Source of the DNA: Candidatus Fervidifonticultor secundus
Lineage (GTDB): Bacteria; Sysuimicrobiota; Sysuimicrobiia; Sysuimicrobiales; Humicultoraceae
Assembly (NCBI GenBank): GCA_031459385.1
Contig: JAVKIP010000002.1
Location: 32,355 to 96,354 of the forward strand
Direction of reading: 5' to 3'
Length of the DNA: 64,000 nt
Every line of letters begins with the position of its first letter. Within the stretch, counting starts at the first letter, position 1. The position numbers and the translations under genes are program-made. The notes under the pieces are model-generated. The model had not been told where the DNA came from and searched no databases. It worked only from the letters and a program-made list of their open reading frames with translations. Positions 28,673 to 39,749 of this stretch are shown here, one piece after another.

Positions 28673-28957
28673 ATGACCCTGCGCGAGTTCCAGGAGCGGA
28701 TCGACAGCACCTACGGCCGCCGCGACCGCGAGCGCGGGATCGACGGGACGTTTCGCTGGCTGGTGGAAGAGATCGGGGAACTCGCCCGCGCCATCCGCGC
28801 CGGCGACCCGGACCGCCTGCACGAGGAAGTCGGCGACGTGCTGGCCTGGACCGTGAGCCTGGCGTCGCTGTGCGGCGTGGACGTGACCAGGGCGGCGGCG
28901 CGATATGCCGCGGGCTGCCCCAAGTGCCGGCAGCGCCCGTGCGCGTGCGGTGCGTAA
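28673..28957 (+). CDS. Small MazG-like nucleotide pyrophosphohydrolase with C-terminal Cys cluster
   Basis: FQ..I..Y, WLVEEIGELA, EEVGDVLAW and CPKC..PCAC. Confidence 0.85.
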   Translation: MTLREFQERIDSTYGRRDRERGIDGTFRWLVEEIGELARAIRAGDPDRLHEEVGDVLAWTVSLASLCGVDVTRAAARYAAGCPKCRQRPCACGA

Positions 28958-29045
28958 CGCGTGTGCGGTGGAGGCCAGAAGCTGCGGTCGGGCCTGGGCG
29001 CGACGGCCCGGCGCGCGGCGTCGTCCCGAGGGACGCCGCCGCGCC

Positions 29046-29864
29046 TCAGCGCGCGAAGGCCAGGATCATCTCCCGGACCAGCCAGGCAGCCAGCATCGCG
29101 GTCCGCCCGCCGGGGTCGTACGGCGGACTGACCTCGACGACGTCGCAACCGACGACGCGCGCCTGCCGCAGGACACCGAGCAACGAGACCACGTCGTCCA
29201 CCGCCAGGCCCAGCGGTTCCGGGTTGCCAGTGCCGGGCGCGTGCGCAGGGTCGAGCCCGTCGATGTCCACCGACAGGTAGAGCGGGCGGTCGGCGAGCGC
29301 GGCCCACGCCGCCTGCGGCAGGCGGCCGGTGGACGCCACCGCCAGGAGGCCGCCCGCGCGGGTCCATTCGTCCCGCGTCCCGGCGCGGGCGCCGAGTACC
29401 GCGACGCGGCCGCCGTCCAGGCGGTCCAGGATCCGCGCCAGCGTAGTGGCGTGCGACCAGCGGGTCCCCTCGTAGTCCTGGCGCAGGTCGAGGTGGGCGT
29501 CTACCACCACGAGCCCGAGGTCCGGGTGGCGGTCGAGCAGCGCGGCCACGGCGCCCGCGGTGACCGTGTGCTCGCCGCCGAGCAGTACGGGCAGCCCGAT
29601 CCCCGCGGCGACGGCTGCCCGGACACGCTCGACGGCGGTCGCGCTGTCCGCGCCCGCCAGGTCCAGGTCGCCCGCGTCGGCGAGCCGGATCTCCTGGAGG
29701 TCGCGCTGCTGCAGGGGGCTGTAGGACTCGAGCGCATCCGACGCCCACCGGATCGCTGCCGGTGCCCAGCGGGCGCCGCGCCGGTGCGTGGCCGTGGCAT
29801 CGAACGGGGCGCCGAGGATGGTGGCCTGCGGCGCGGGCACGGCCCGCGCGGCCAGGAACGGCAT
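29046..29864 (-). CDS. speB: Agmatinase / ureohydrolase
   Basis: GAPFD, GGEH, DAHLD, SHAT, DIDGLDP..APGTG and VEVSP. Confidence 0.92.
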   Translation of the reverse strand: MPFLAARAVPAPQATILGAPFDATATHRRGARWAPAAIRWASDALESYSPLQQRDLQEIRLADAGDLDLAGADSATAVERVRAAVAAGIGLPVLLGGEHTVTAGAVAALLDRHPDLGLVVVDAHLDLRQDYEGTRWSHATTLARILDRLDGGRVAVLGARAGTRDEWTRAGGLLAVASTGRLPQAAWAALADRPLYLSVDIDGLDPAHAPGTGNPEPLGLAVDDVVSLLGVLRQARVVGCDVVEVSPPYDPGGRTAMLAAWLVREMILAFAR

Positions 29865-29866
29865 CG

Positions 29867-30760
<894 letters not shown>

Positions 30761-30765
30761 GACGG

Positions 30766-31227
30766 TTACTCCGGCCAGAAGAGCACGGCAGCCACCACAC
30801 AACCCGTGCGCTGCACGGTGTGCTCCTTCACCGCCACCTGGACCTGTGCCAGGCGCAGGCCCCGCATGGCCACCGCCTCCTCGACCATGCGCCGCACGAT
30901 GCCTTCGGCGTTCTCTCCGGTGCCGGTGTGCGAGTGCTCCATGATGACGCCGTAGCCGTCCGCGGCGATGCCCACGCCGACCGCGGCCGCGATCCGCTCG
31001 CCGGGGGTGTGTCGGACGATGCGGGCGTAGACCGCCGGCATCAGCAGCCCGGGCTGGTAGGGGCGCAGGGGGACGATCCGCGCGCCCAGCGGGAAGATGC
31101 TGGTCACGCGCACGAAGTTGAGGTTGGCGATGCCGGCGTCCATCAGGGCGCTGTCGAACGCGGTGAGATCCGTGGCGCCTTCGCCGGCGCCGGCGACCAG
31201 CGAGACGGCCTTCGGCAGGTGCCACAT
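30766..31227 (-). CDS. pdaD: Pyruvoyl-dependent arginine decarboxylase
   Basis: GAGEG..LTAFDSALMDAGIANLNFVRVTSIFP (self-cleavage T-S). GGAGG SD. Operon with speE and speB. Confidence 0.88.
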   Translation of the reverse strand: MWHLPKAVSLVAGAGEGATDLTAFDSALMDAGIANLNFVRVTSIFPLGARIVPLRPYQPGLLMPAVYARIVRHTPGERIAAAVGVGIAADGYGVIMEHSHTGTGENAEGIVRRMVEEAVAMRGLRLAQVQVAVKEHTVQRTGCVVAAVLFWPE

Positions 31228-31438
31228 CGCGGTCCTCCACAGTCTTCGGGCGCACGCCGGCGCGCGGGCGCCGGCAACAAGGCGCTATAGTTTCGATCCC
31301 CGCCAGCGCGTTCCTGCCCGCCGGTCTCCACGTCCGGACGCGGAGGGGGCCCGACAGCGGCCTGGCGATGCGGCGCCGCCCTGTGCGGTGCGCGCCCGGG
31401 GAAGGGAGGTGCCGGCCCGGCTGGCGAACTCCGATGGA

Positions 31439-31792
31439 GTGCCAAGACGCGCGCGGGTTGCTCGCGGCCTGGCGGCCGCGTACATGACGGTGCTCCTGGT
31501 GACCTCACTCCTTCCCGGGCCGTCCGTTCGCACCGTCTCGGATCTCGCGCAGCACGCCGTGGCCTACGCCGGGTTGACCGGCGTGTTCTGGTGGGCGGCG
31601 CCGGCGGCAGACCGGCGGTGGCTCGCCGGGCCCGCCGCGTGGGGGTACGGGGTCGTGCTGGAACTCCTGCAGCGCGCGGTGCCGTACAGGACCAGTGAGG
31701 TGCGTGACGTCGCCGCCAACGGCGTCGGGGTGCTCGTGGCCATGCTGATCGCGCTCGGTCTGTCCAGGCGTAGGGAGCCGCCGGGACGGTGA
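31439..31792 (+). CDS. VanZ-family membrane protein
   Basis: D..QHAVAY and ELLQ..VPYRTSEVRDVAANGVG motifs. Confidence 0.8.
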   Translation: MPRRARVARGLAAAYMTVLLVTSLLPGPSVRTVSDLAQHAVAYAGLTGVFWWAAPAADRRWLAGPAAWGYGVVLELLQRAVPYRTSEVRDVAANGVGVLVAMLIALGLSRRREPPGR

Positions 31793-33531
31793 CCTCGAGA
31801 GGCCCGGTCGGTCCAGGGCGGGTGCCGGACACCCGTTCGCGGGCCACGGCAGCGTGGCGCGGTCTGGCGCGTGGCGTCGCCACCCTGCTCGTTCTGGTCG
31901 GCCTCGCCCAGGGGGGCGATCGGCACGGGCGCGCGGCCCCGGTGCCTGGCACCGCGCCGGAGCTCGCCATGGGGCTGGAGAAGTCGGGGCTATCCGGCCC
32001 GGCGGCTAGGGCCGTGGGCGCGCGCGCCCTGAGCATCCTGGCCGACTGGAGCGTCGTAGAAGCGCGGCAGGGCCAGCCGGCGTGGGAAGATCTCGACCGG
32101 GCCGTGGCCGCCGCGATGCAGGACGGTATGGCGCCGGTGCTGGTTCTGGCCCACACGCCACAGTGGGCGAGCCTCGCCACCGGCGCCGATCTCGCGCGAC
32201 CCGAGATCTCTTCGCGGCAGCCGCCACGGCACGTGCGCGACTGGGAGCGCTTCGTGGGGCTGGCGGCCAGCCGCTACCGGGGCCGCGTGCGTGACTGGCA
32301 GGTGTGGACGCGGCTCGGCCTGCCCGCATTCCGGGGCACGGGCGGGGAGTACCTCCAGTTACTGCAGGCAGCCGCCGCGCGGATCCGCGCCGTCGATCCG
32401 CAGGCTCGCGTGGTCGCGGCGAGCCCGGGCGGCGTGGATCTCGGCTTCATCGTGCGCCTGGCCGAGAGCGCGCCCGGGGTCTTCGATGCCATCGCGGTCC
32501 CGGCCGCCGGTATGGCCCCTGAGGCGATGCTGCGGCCGCTTGGGGTCCTGGCGGGGCGTCTGCGCGACCGCGGGAAGCCTGTGTGGCTCGAGTGGGCTCC
32601 GGAGGCATCCCTGGGAGGGACGCGGGCGCGCGCCGAGTGGACGAAGATGCTGCTCGTGGCCGAGGCGACGGGCGTCCAGCGCCTGGTCGTCGCCGACCCG
32701 GACCGGAACGCGGATCCCCTGCGCCAGGCCGTGAGCGGTCTCGGTGCCAGGTGGTTCGCGGGGTACCTCGCGCGCGATCCCGACGTGTTCGTGGCGGCCG
32801 CAGGGTTTCCGGCCGACGCCGTCCTGCTGGCTTGGGCCCGCGCCGGCGAGCGGACCCTGGACCTGCCCGCCGCGCCGGGTCTCCAGGCGGCCACGGTGGA
32901 CGGCCGCCCCGTGACCCTGGAGGTCCGCGACGGCCGCGTGGTCGCCCGCCTGAGCGAGATCCCCCTGGTCATCACCGGCGTGCCGGTCGGCCTCCTGGAA
33001 GAGGCCAGGGCGGCGGCCGTCCGGGCGCCGTGGCTTCCGGTGCCCCAGCGCGACTTCGGTCAGAGCCCTGAGGTCTTTGCCCGGCTCGGGCGGTCGGGGG
33101 AGGAGCGCGGCCTGTACAACGCGGCCTACCGCAGTCGGCCCAACGGCGCTGTCGAGGTGGTCGAGCTCGACGGTGGCGAGGCCGTGCGCACGGCCGTCGG
33201 CCGGGGGGTGGTCTACGTCTACTTCGACGTCGACGACACCTTCCTGTTCTTCAGCGAGGGACGCGTGCCGCTGGACGTAACTGTGGAAGTCTGGGGCGCG
33301 CGCGCCGCGCGCTCCCTCGGCTTCAACCTGCTGTACGACGCGGCGGGCGGATACCGCTTCACGCCGTGGGTGTGGGTCGATCCGGGCGAGGGCTGGCGCA
33401 GCTACACGATCCGCCTGCCCGACGCCAGCTTCGCGAACACCTGGGGCTACGACTTCGCGATCAACGCCGCCGGCAACCGCGCCGAAGACCTGACGGTGCG
33501 TGCGGTGCGGGTGCGCAAGGCGCTGCCCTAG
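31789..33531 (+). CDS. Exported protein with degenerate clan GH-A (GH39/GH5-like) barrel and C-terminal beta-rich domain
   Basis: W..VE...G...W..LD, TPQWAS, 'RYRGRVRDWQVW' and 'KPVWLE' match the GH-A pattern, but NEP is absent. Confidence 0.6.
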   Translation: MTSRGPVGPGRVPDTRSRATAAWRGLARGVATLLVLVGLAQGGDRHGRAAPVPGTAPELAMGLEKSGLSGPAARAVGARALSILADWSVVEARQGQPAWEDLDRAVAAAMQDGMAPVLVLAHTPQWASLATGADLARPEISSRQPPRHVRDWERFVGLAASRYRGRVRDWQVWTRLGLPAFRGTGGEYLQLLQAAAARIRAVDPQARVVAASPGGVDLGFIVRLAESAPGVFDAIAVPAAGMAPEAMLRPLGVLAGRLRDRGKPVWLEWAPEASLGGTRARAEWTKMLLVAEATGVQRLVVADPDRNADPLRQAVSGLGARWFAGYLARDPDVFVAAAGFPADAVLLAWARAGERTLDLPAAPGLQAATVDGRPVTLEVRDGRVVARLSEIPLVITGVPVGLLEEARAAAVRAPWLPVPQRDFGQSPEVFARLGRSGEERGLYNAAYRSRPNGAVEVVELDGGEAVRTAVGRGVVYVYFDVDDTFLFFSEGRVPLDVTVEVWGARAARSLGFNLLYDAAGGYRFTPWVWVDPGEGWRSYTIRLPDASFANTWGYDFAINAAGNRAEDLTVRAVRVRKALP

Positions 33532-33676
33532 CCTGCGCCGGCGCGTGCCGTCGTCTTGGCCCTGGCGGGCCGGACGCCCCCACCGGGGACTCCCAGGGCC
33601 TGCAGGGAGCCTTCTCGAACCCGCCGAAGCCAGGGGCACAACGCAGGGCCCTGGCTCTGGAGGGAGGGATGGTCCG

Positions 33677-34951
33677 GTGAAAGAACAGGTTCGTGGCCTC
33701 GCGTTCGCGCTCGGCGTCCTCCTGGCCATCGCGGTGATCCCCGCGGTCGCGCAACAGCCACCGCCGTTGCCGGCGAGCATCAAAGTCGGCGCGCTGTTCG
33801 ATCTTACCGGCCCCACGTCGGATGTGGGCGTCGACTACTCCAAGGGCGTGCTGGACCACGTCCGGTACATCAACGAGGTGCTGGGCGGCGTTCGCGGCAG
33901 GGTGAAGCTCGACCTGGTCTGGGCCGACTACGCCTACCGCATCCCCGAGAGCCTGAACCTCTATCGCAAGTACCGGGATGTGGACCGCGTGCAGGCCATC
34001 ATCGGGTGGGGGACCAACGACACCGAAGCGCTCAAGGAGCAGATCGCGGCAGACCAGATCCCGTTCATCTCGGCGTCGTATTCGTCCCACCTGAACGACC
34101 CGTCCAAGACGCCCTACAACTTCTACCCGGTGTCGTCCTACTCCGATCAGCTGCGGGCCGTGCTCAAGTTCGCCGCCGAGCTGGCTAAGAAGGAAGGCAA
34201 GGCCCGGCCCAAGTTCGTCTTCGCGTACCCCGACCACCCCTACGGCCGAGCACCGATCCCTGCAGGCAAGGACTACGCCAGGGAGCTGGGGTTCGAGGTC
34301 GGTCCCGACCAGTTCGTCCCGCTGACGGCCCTCGAGGCCCGCTCCCAGGTCGCGGCGATCCGGACCTTTGGTGCCGACTTCGCCTGGTTCGGCGGCACGA
34401 CCAACTCGGCGTCGGTGACGATCCGCGACGCGAAGCAGGCGGGCCTGACCACCCGCTGGTTCGTGAACGTGTGGGGGTTCGACGAGAACATGATCAAGCT
34501 CATCGGCGCGGCGGCCGAGGGCACGTACGGCAGCACCCCGCACGCCTACTACGGCGAGCCGGTATCCGGCATGCGGACGATCTACGATGCCTACAAGCGG
34601 TTCCAGGGCAAGGACGTGCCCCAGTTCCAGTGGGGCACGACCCAGACGCCGTACATCGCCTCGTACATCCGCGGCTGGCTCAACGTCTACCTCCTGCGCC
34701 GCGGGCTGGAGCAGATCGTGGACGGCTGGTCGTCCTACGGGCGCCTGGGCGGGTTCGCCGGCGTCAACGTGCGCTCGGCGCTGGAGCTGCTGAAGAACTG
34801 GGACCCCGAGGGCCTGGCCCCGCCCATCACGCTGGCCCGCGACGACCACCGGCCATCCACCACGACGCGCATCATGCAGGTTCGGGGGGGCCGCATCGTC
34901 GTGGTCGAGCCGGTGACGGTCGAGCGCCGCAAGGACTGGCTGGGGTACTAG
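33677..34951 (+). CDS. LivK-like (type I) ABC substrate-binding protein
   Basis: Signal peptide, IKVGALFDLTGPT, GWGT..T and YSDQ. Confidence 0.88.
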   Translation: MKEQVRGLAFALGVLLAIAVIPAVAQQPPPLPASIKVGALFDLTGPTSDVGVDYSKGVLDHVRYINEVLGGVRGRVKLDLVWADYAYRIPESLNLYRKYRDVDRVQAIIGWGTNDTEALKEQIAADQIPFISASYSSHLNDPSKTPYNFYPVSSYSDQLRAVLKFAAELAKKEGKARPKFVFAYPDHPYGRAPIPAGKDYARELGFEVGPDQFVPLTALEARSQVAAIRTFGADFAWFGGTTNSASVTIRDAKQAGLTTRWFVNVWGFDENMIKLIGAAAEGTYGSTPHAYYGEPVSGMRTIYDAYKRFQGKDVPQFQWGTTQTPYIASYIRGWLNVYLLRRGLEQIVDGWSSYGRLGGFAGVNVRSALELLKNWDPEGLAPPITLARDDHRPSTTTRIMQVRGGRIVVVEPVTVERRKDWLGY

Positions 34952-35016
34952 CCTGCGCGGGGGGGCGGCGTCCGCCGCCCCCCGCTGGTTCCGTTCCCCC
35001 TGCAGCGCCCCGGCCC

Positions 35017-35802
35017 GTGCTGACCCTGAACAACATCGAGGTCGTCTTCTGGGGCACGATCCTGGTGCTCAAGGGCGTGTCGCTGCGCGTCGAGCCCGGC
35101 AGTATCACGGCCCTCATCGGCGCCAACGGCGCGGGCAAGACCACCACGCTGAAGGCGATCTCCGGCCTCATCCGGCTCGAGCGGGGCGAGGTGACCCGCG
35201 GGAGCATCGAGTTCGAGGGGCAGCGCATCGAGAACCGGCTGCCCGAGGACGTGGCCCGGATGGGCATCGTCATGGTCCGCGAGGGCCGGCGCCTCTTCGA
35301 GGAGCTGACCGCCGAGGAGAACCTGCTGGTCGGTGCCGCAGTGCGGCGCGACGGACGGCGCGAGGGCATCGACCTGGTCTACACGTACTTTCCCCGGCTG
35401 AAGGAGCGCCGGCGGGTGCGCGCCGGCTATCTCTCCGGCGGCGAGCAGCAGATGCTGGCCATCGGCTGTGCGCTGATGGCCCGGCCCCGCCTGCTGCTGC
35501 TGGACGAGCCCAGCCTGGGGCTGGCCCCGATCGTCGCCCACGAGATCTTCGGTCTCGTCCAGCGGCTGAACCGCGACGAGACGATCACGATCTTCCTGGT
35601 CGAGCAGAACGCCCGCATGGCCCTGCAGCTGGCGTCGTACGGCTACGTGATGGAGAACGGGAAAATCGTCCTCGACGGCCCCGCCGAGCGCCTGCGCGAG
35701 GACGCTGACGTGAAGGAGTTCTACCTGGGGATGAGCAAGGCCGGCCGCCGGCGCTTCACCGAGGTGAAGAGCTACAAACGTCGCAAGCGCTGGCTGGCGT
35801 GA
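35017..35802 (+). CDS. LivF-like ABC ATPase
   Basis: GANGAGKTT, LSGGEQQML and C-terminal VKEFYLG..VKSYKRRKRW. Confidence 0.92.
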   Translation: MLTLNNIEVVFWGTILVLKGVSLRVEPGSITALIGANGAGKTTTLKAISGLIRLERGEVTRGSIEFEGQRIENRLPEDVARMGIVMVREGRRLFEELTAEENLLVGAAVRRDGRREGIDLVYTYFPRLKERRRVRAGYLSGGEQQMLAIGCALMARPRLLLLDEPSLGLAPIVAHEIFGLVQRLNRDETITIFLVEQNARMALQLASYGYVMENGKIVLDGPAERLREDADVKEFYLGMSKAGRRRFTEVKSYKRRKRWLA

Positions 35803-35824
35803 CCCGGCGCGGCGCGCGGTCTCC

Positions 35825-36868
35825 TCAGTGGGGGAACGGCCAGAGGTCCAGGTGGCGCTTCAACTTGCGGAAGAGCATGGCCAGCCCCCCCGGCTCCCAG
35901 ATCAGCAGGGCGATCAGCAGCGTCCCGAAGACGATCTCGCGCAGCGGCGTGGCCGCCTGGCCGAGCGCCGGAACCGCGGCCACCAGCAGGGGCGTCGCGA
36001 AGCGCAGCCCCTGGTTCAGCAGCGTGACGAACGCCGCGCCCAGGTGCGGGCCCCAGATGCTGGTGAGGCCGCCCAGCACGATGATCGCGATGTAGTCGAT
36101 GGACAGCCCGATGCTGAAGTGCTCGGCGCCGATGACGCGGTTGTAGTGCGCGAACAGACTCCCGCCGACCCCGGCGAAGAACGCCGCCAGCGCGAACGCC
36201 AGGGTCTTGTAGTAGAGCAGGTTCACCCCCAGCACCTGCGCCGCGTAGTCCCGGTCGCGCACGGCCATCAGCGCCAGGCCGATCCGCCCGCGTACCAGGT
36301 TGGCGGCGAACACTCCCGCCCCGAGCCAGAGGGGCAGCAGCAGGTACCGGTAGAAGTCGGCCTCCTGCTGGAGGACGCGGCCGCCGACGCGGGCCGGAGG
36401 GACCACGTTCCCGGCCATGCCTCCCGCCGTGTGGATGATGACGTACTCGGTGATGAACTGGAACGCCATGGTGGCGATGGCCAGGTACAGCCCTTTGATG
36501 CGCAGCGACGGGAGGCCCACGACGGCCCCGACCAGGAAGGCCACCACCCCCGCCAGCGGCAGGGCGGCCAGGAAGGGCCACTGCAGCCGGGTGGTCACGT
36601 ACCAGGACGTGTAGGCCCCCACCGCCATGAACGCCGCGTGGCCCAGCGAGATCTGTCCGGCAAAGCCCGTGAGCAGGGCCAGGCCCACGGCCCCGATGGC
36701 GAAAATGCCAATGGTGTTCAGCAGGAACAGGTACCGGCCGGCCCACACGGGCGCTGCCACCAGGACCGCCAGCAGTACCAGGAACCCCACCCGGTACGTC
36801 CAGGTGTCCAGCAGCGCCATGTCGGCGGCGTAGCGCGTCTTGAAGTCGCCGGCGGGGCGCACGCTCAT
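35825..36868 (-). CDS. LivM-like ABC permease
   Basis: GDFKTRY..D, TGFAGQISLGHAAF and LRIKGLYLAIAT. Confidence 0.9.
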   Translation of the reverse strand: MSVRPAGDFKTRYAADMALLDTWTYRVGFLVLLAVLVAAPVWAGRYLFLLNTIGIFAIGAVGLALLTGFAGQISLGHAAFMAVGAYTSWYVTTRLQWPFLAALPLAGVVAFLVGAVVGLPSLRIKGLYLAIATMAFQFITEYVIIHTAGGMAGNVVPPARVGGRVLQQEADFYRYLLLPLWLGAGVFAANLVRGRIGLALMAVRDRDYAAQVLGVNLLYYKTLAFALAAFFAGVGGSLFAHYNRVIGAEHFSIGLSIDYIAIIVLGGLTSIWGPHLGAAFVTLLNQGLRFATPLLVAAVPALGQAATPLREIVFGTLLIALLIWEPGGLAMLFRKLKRHLDLWPFPH

Positions 36869-37785
36869 AGGCGCTCGATGTGCTCCGTACCGAACAGTCC
36901 GTAGGGTCGGACCAAGAGGACCAGCAGGATCACCAGGAACGGCGTGATGTCCTTGAAGCCCTGGAGGGGGATACCGAAGAGCACCACGTTGGCGTCGATG
37001 TAACCCCCGACGACCGTCTCCAGCACGCCGATGATGAGCCCGCCCAGGATAGCGCCCGGGATGCTGTCCAGGCCGCCCAGGATGACCGCCGCCAGGGCCT
37101 TCAGGCCCACGTGGGCCAGGGCGAAGTTGACGCCCAGCCACAGCCCGATGAGGACGCCGCCCACCGACCCGGCGATCGCGGCGAACGCCCACGCGTAGGC
37201 GAACACTCGTTTCAGACTCACCCCCAGCGTTGAGGCGGTGAGTTGCTCGTTGGCGGCCGCGCGCATGGCGATGCCCCACAGCGAATAGCGGAAGAACAGG
37301 GAGAACAGCGCCAGCAGCGCCACCGCCACGCCCGCACTCCAGACGCCGACCCGGGGAATGGGAATGCTCCCGAGCCGTACCACATCGGCGGCAATGACCG
37401 GCGGGAACTGCCGGGTATCCCCGCCCCACAGGCCCACCATGAGGCCGCGGATGACGTACCCCAGCGCCAGGGTCACGATGATGACCGAGAGCAGCGACTG
37501 GCCGAACAGCGGCCGCATGATCCCCCGCTCGACCACGAACCCCAGCGCCGCCGCGGCGGCCAGCGTCCCGGCCACACCCAGCCCGAACGCGGCCAGCACC
37601 GGCAGGTCCAGGGCCCGTGTCAGCGCGATGGCCAGGTAGCCGCCGAACAGGACCAGCTCACCGTGGGCCAGGTTCAGGATCTTCGTGGACTTGTACAGGA
37701 GGGCGAAGCCCAGGGCGATGAGCGCGTAGATAGACCCGACCGCGAGGCCGACGACGATCCCGTCGAGGACGAATGCCAGGGTCAC
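36865..37785 (-). CDS. LivH-like ABC permease
   Basis: GSIYALIALGF..LNLAHGE, ILGGLDS and RPYGLFGTEHIERL. Confidence 0.9.
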   Translation of the reverse strand: MTLAFVLDGIVVGLAVGSIYALIALGFALLYKSTKILNLAHGELVLFGGYLAIALTRALDLPVLAAFGLGVAGTLAAAAALGFVVERGIMRPLFGQSLLSVIIVTLALGYVIRGLMVGLWGGDTRQFPPVIAADVVRLGSIPIPRVGVWSAGVAVALLALFSLFFRYSLWGIAMRAAANEQLTASTLGVSLKRVFAYAWAFAAIAGSVGGVLIGLWLGVNFALAHVGLKALAAVILGGLDSIPGAILGGLIIGVLETVVGGYIDANVVLFGIPLQGFKDITPFLVILLVLLVRPYGLFGTEHIERL

Positions 37786-39749
37786 GACGCCGCGGCGGAC
37801 TCGACGGTGACGATCCGCATGACCGGATGCAGTTCGGCGGTGCGGCCGTCCTCGTAACGGATGGTGACGGTCGCCTGGAACGTCTCGGCCCCAGCGTAGA
37901 TCGCAGCGATGAGGTCGTGGTAGCGCTGGTTGATATGGGCCCGCCGCAGCTTGCGCGTCCGCGTCAACTCGTCGTCGTCGGGATGGAACTCCTTGTAGAG
38001 CGACACGAACCGCGCGATCCGCCACCCGGGTTGCAGCCGGGCGTTGGTCTCCTGCACCAGCCCCTGCAGCAGCGCCAGCACCTCGGGGCGCTGCGACAGG
38101 TCGGCGTAGGAGGTGTAGGCGATCCCCCGGTCTTCGGCCCACTTGCCCACGTTGCGCAGGTCGATGTTCAAAATGGCCGCCAGCACCGGCTGCCCGTCGC
38201 CGAGGACACACGCCTCCTGGATGAAGGGCGTGAACTTCAACATGTCCTCGATAACCCGGGGCGCCACGCGGGTGCCGTCGGCCATCTGGATCATGTCGCC
38301 CATGCGGTCGAAGAGGATGACGTCGCCGCTGGGATCCAGCGTGCCGTAGTCGCCGGTGTACAGCCAGCCGTCGCGGAGCGCCTTGGCGGTGGCCTCGGGG
38401 TTCCGGTAGTAGCCGAGGAAGACCGAGGGACTGCGCTCCAGGATCTCGCCGTCGTCGGAGATGCGCACCTCGGTCTGCGCGATGGGAGCACCCATGGTCC
38501 AGAAGCGCACCTGGCCGTCACGGTGCACGCACGAGATGCCGGCGATCTCGGTCTGACCGTAGATCTGCTTGAGGTTCAGCCCCAGCGCCCGGAAGAACTT
38601 GTGGTAGTCGGGCCCCAGGGACGCGCCGCCGTTCCAGGCCACCCGCATGCGCACCATGCCCATTTTGTCCAGGATGGGCCGGTAGACCGTCCAGCGCCAC
38701 AGGAGCCGTAGCGCCCGGAGCCACCAGGGAATCGGCTTCCCCTCGGCTTCCAGCTCGACGGCGCGGATGCCGTGGCGCATGGCCGCCTCGTAGATCCACC
38801 GGCGCAGGGGCCCCGCGTCCAGGATGCGTACGGTGACCGCCGAGTGCATCCCCTCGTAGATCCGGGCCGGGGCGAAGGTGAAGTGGGGGCCGATCTCGCG
38901 GAAGTCGCGCTGGGCGGTCTCGGGCTCCTCGGGGAAGTTCACCGTGAACCCGACCCACTGGTGGAGGCTGTAGGCGAACATCTGCTCGCCGATCCAGGCA
39001 AAGGGCAGGTACGAGACGAACTCGTCGCCGGGGGCGATGTGCGGCTCGACGGCGTGAAAGTGCTCGGCCTGGGTGAGCAGGTTGGCGTGCGAGAGCATCG
39101 CCAGCTTCGGCATGGCGGTGGTGCCCGACGTCTGGCAGAGGATGGCCACGTCGTCGGGCCGCGTCTGCGCCACCAGCGCGGCGAACTGCCCGGGCGCCCG
39201 CGCGTGCACTTCGCGGCCCAGCGCCACCAGATCGGCGAAGGCCAGCAGCTTCGGGTGCCGGTAGCGCCACATCCCCCGCCAGTCCTCGACGATGATCCGC
39301 TCCACCGTGGGCAGGCGCGACTCCATCTCCAGGATCTTGTCGGCCTGCTCCTGGTCCTCGCAGAACACGAACCGGGCGCCGGCGAAGGCGATGAGTTCGG
39401 CCAGCTGCTCGGCCAGGCTGTCCTGGTACATCCCGCAGGAGATGGCGCCCAGGGCCTGCGCGCCCATGGCCATGTAGAACTGCTCGGGACGGTTGTCGCC
39501 GATGATCATCAGCACGTCGCCCCGCCGCAGGCCCAGAGCCTCCAGGCCCAGCGCGCAGGCGCGCGCGTGGTCCAGGTACTGCGCCCACGTGATCTCCCGC
39601 CAGATGCCGAACTCCTTCTCCCGGAAGGCGACGCGGTCGCCGAAGCGCGCGGCGTTGTAGACCAGGCGCCGGGGAAACGTGTTGGGGGCGTCCACTGTGG
39701 CGGCGACGGTGGCAGGATGGGCGCGTTCGAGGACCGCTTCGGCCGTCAT
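37782..39749 (-). CDS. Long-chain acyl-CoA synthetase-like AMP-binding enzyme
   Basis: REKEFGIW, QTSGTTAMPK, YGQTE, GWLYTGD and ELTRTRKLRR. Confidence 0.9.
   Translation of the reverse strand: MTAEAVLERAHPATVAATVDAPNTFPRRLVYNAARFGDRVAFREKEFGIWREITWAQYLDHARACALGLEALGLRRGDVLMIIGDNRPEQFYMAMGAQALGAISCGMYQDSLAEQLAELIAFAGARFVFCEDQEQADKILEMESRLPTVERIIVEDWRGMWRYRHPKLLAFADLVALGREVHARAPGQFAALVAQTRPDDVAILCQTSGTTAMPKLAMLSHANLLTQAEHFHAVEPHIAPGDEFVSYLPFAWIGEQMFAYSLHQWVGFTVNFPEEPETAQRDFREIGPHFTFAPARIYEGMHSAVTVRILDAGPLRRWIYEAAMRHGIRAVELEAEGKPIPWWLRALRLLWRWTVYRPILDKMGMVRMRVAWNGGASLGPDYHKFFRALGLNLKQIYGQTEIAGISCVHRDGQVRFWTMGAPIAQTEVRISDDGEILERSPSVFLGYYRNPEATAKALRDGWLYTGDYGTLDPSGDVILFDRMGDMIQMADGTRVAPRVIEDMLKFTPFIQEACVLGDGQPVLAAILNIDLRNVGKWAEDRGIAYTSYADLSQRPEVLALLQGLVQETNARLQPGWRIARFVSLYKEFHPDDDELTRTRKLRRAHINQRYHDLIAAIYAGAETFQATVTIRYEDGRTAELHPVMRIVTVESAAAS

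Noticed and set aside
31403..31429. Extra sigmaH-like site upstream of the VanZ-like gene
   Set aside because: Spacing is 19 nt from AGGG, or needs GGGA as the box, so it was not counted among the matches.
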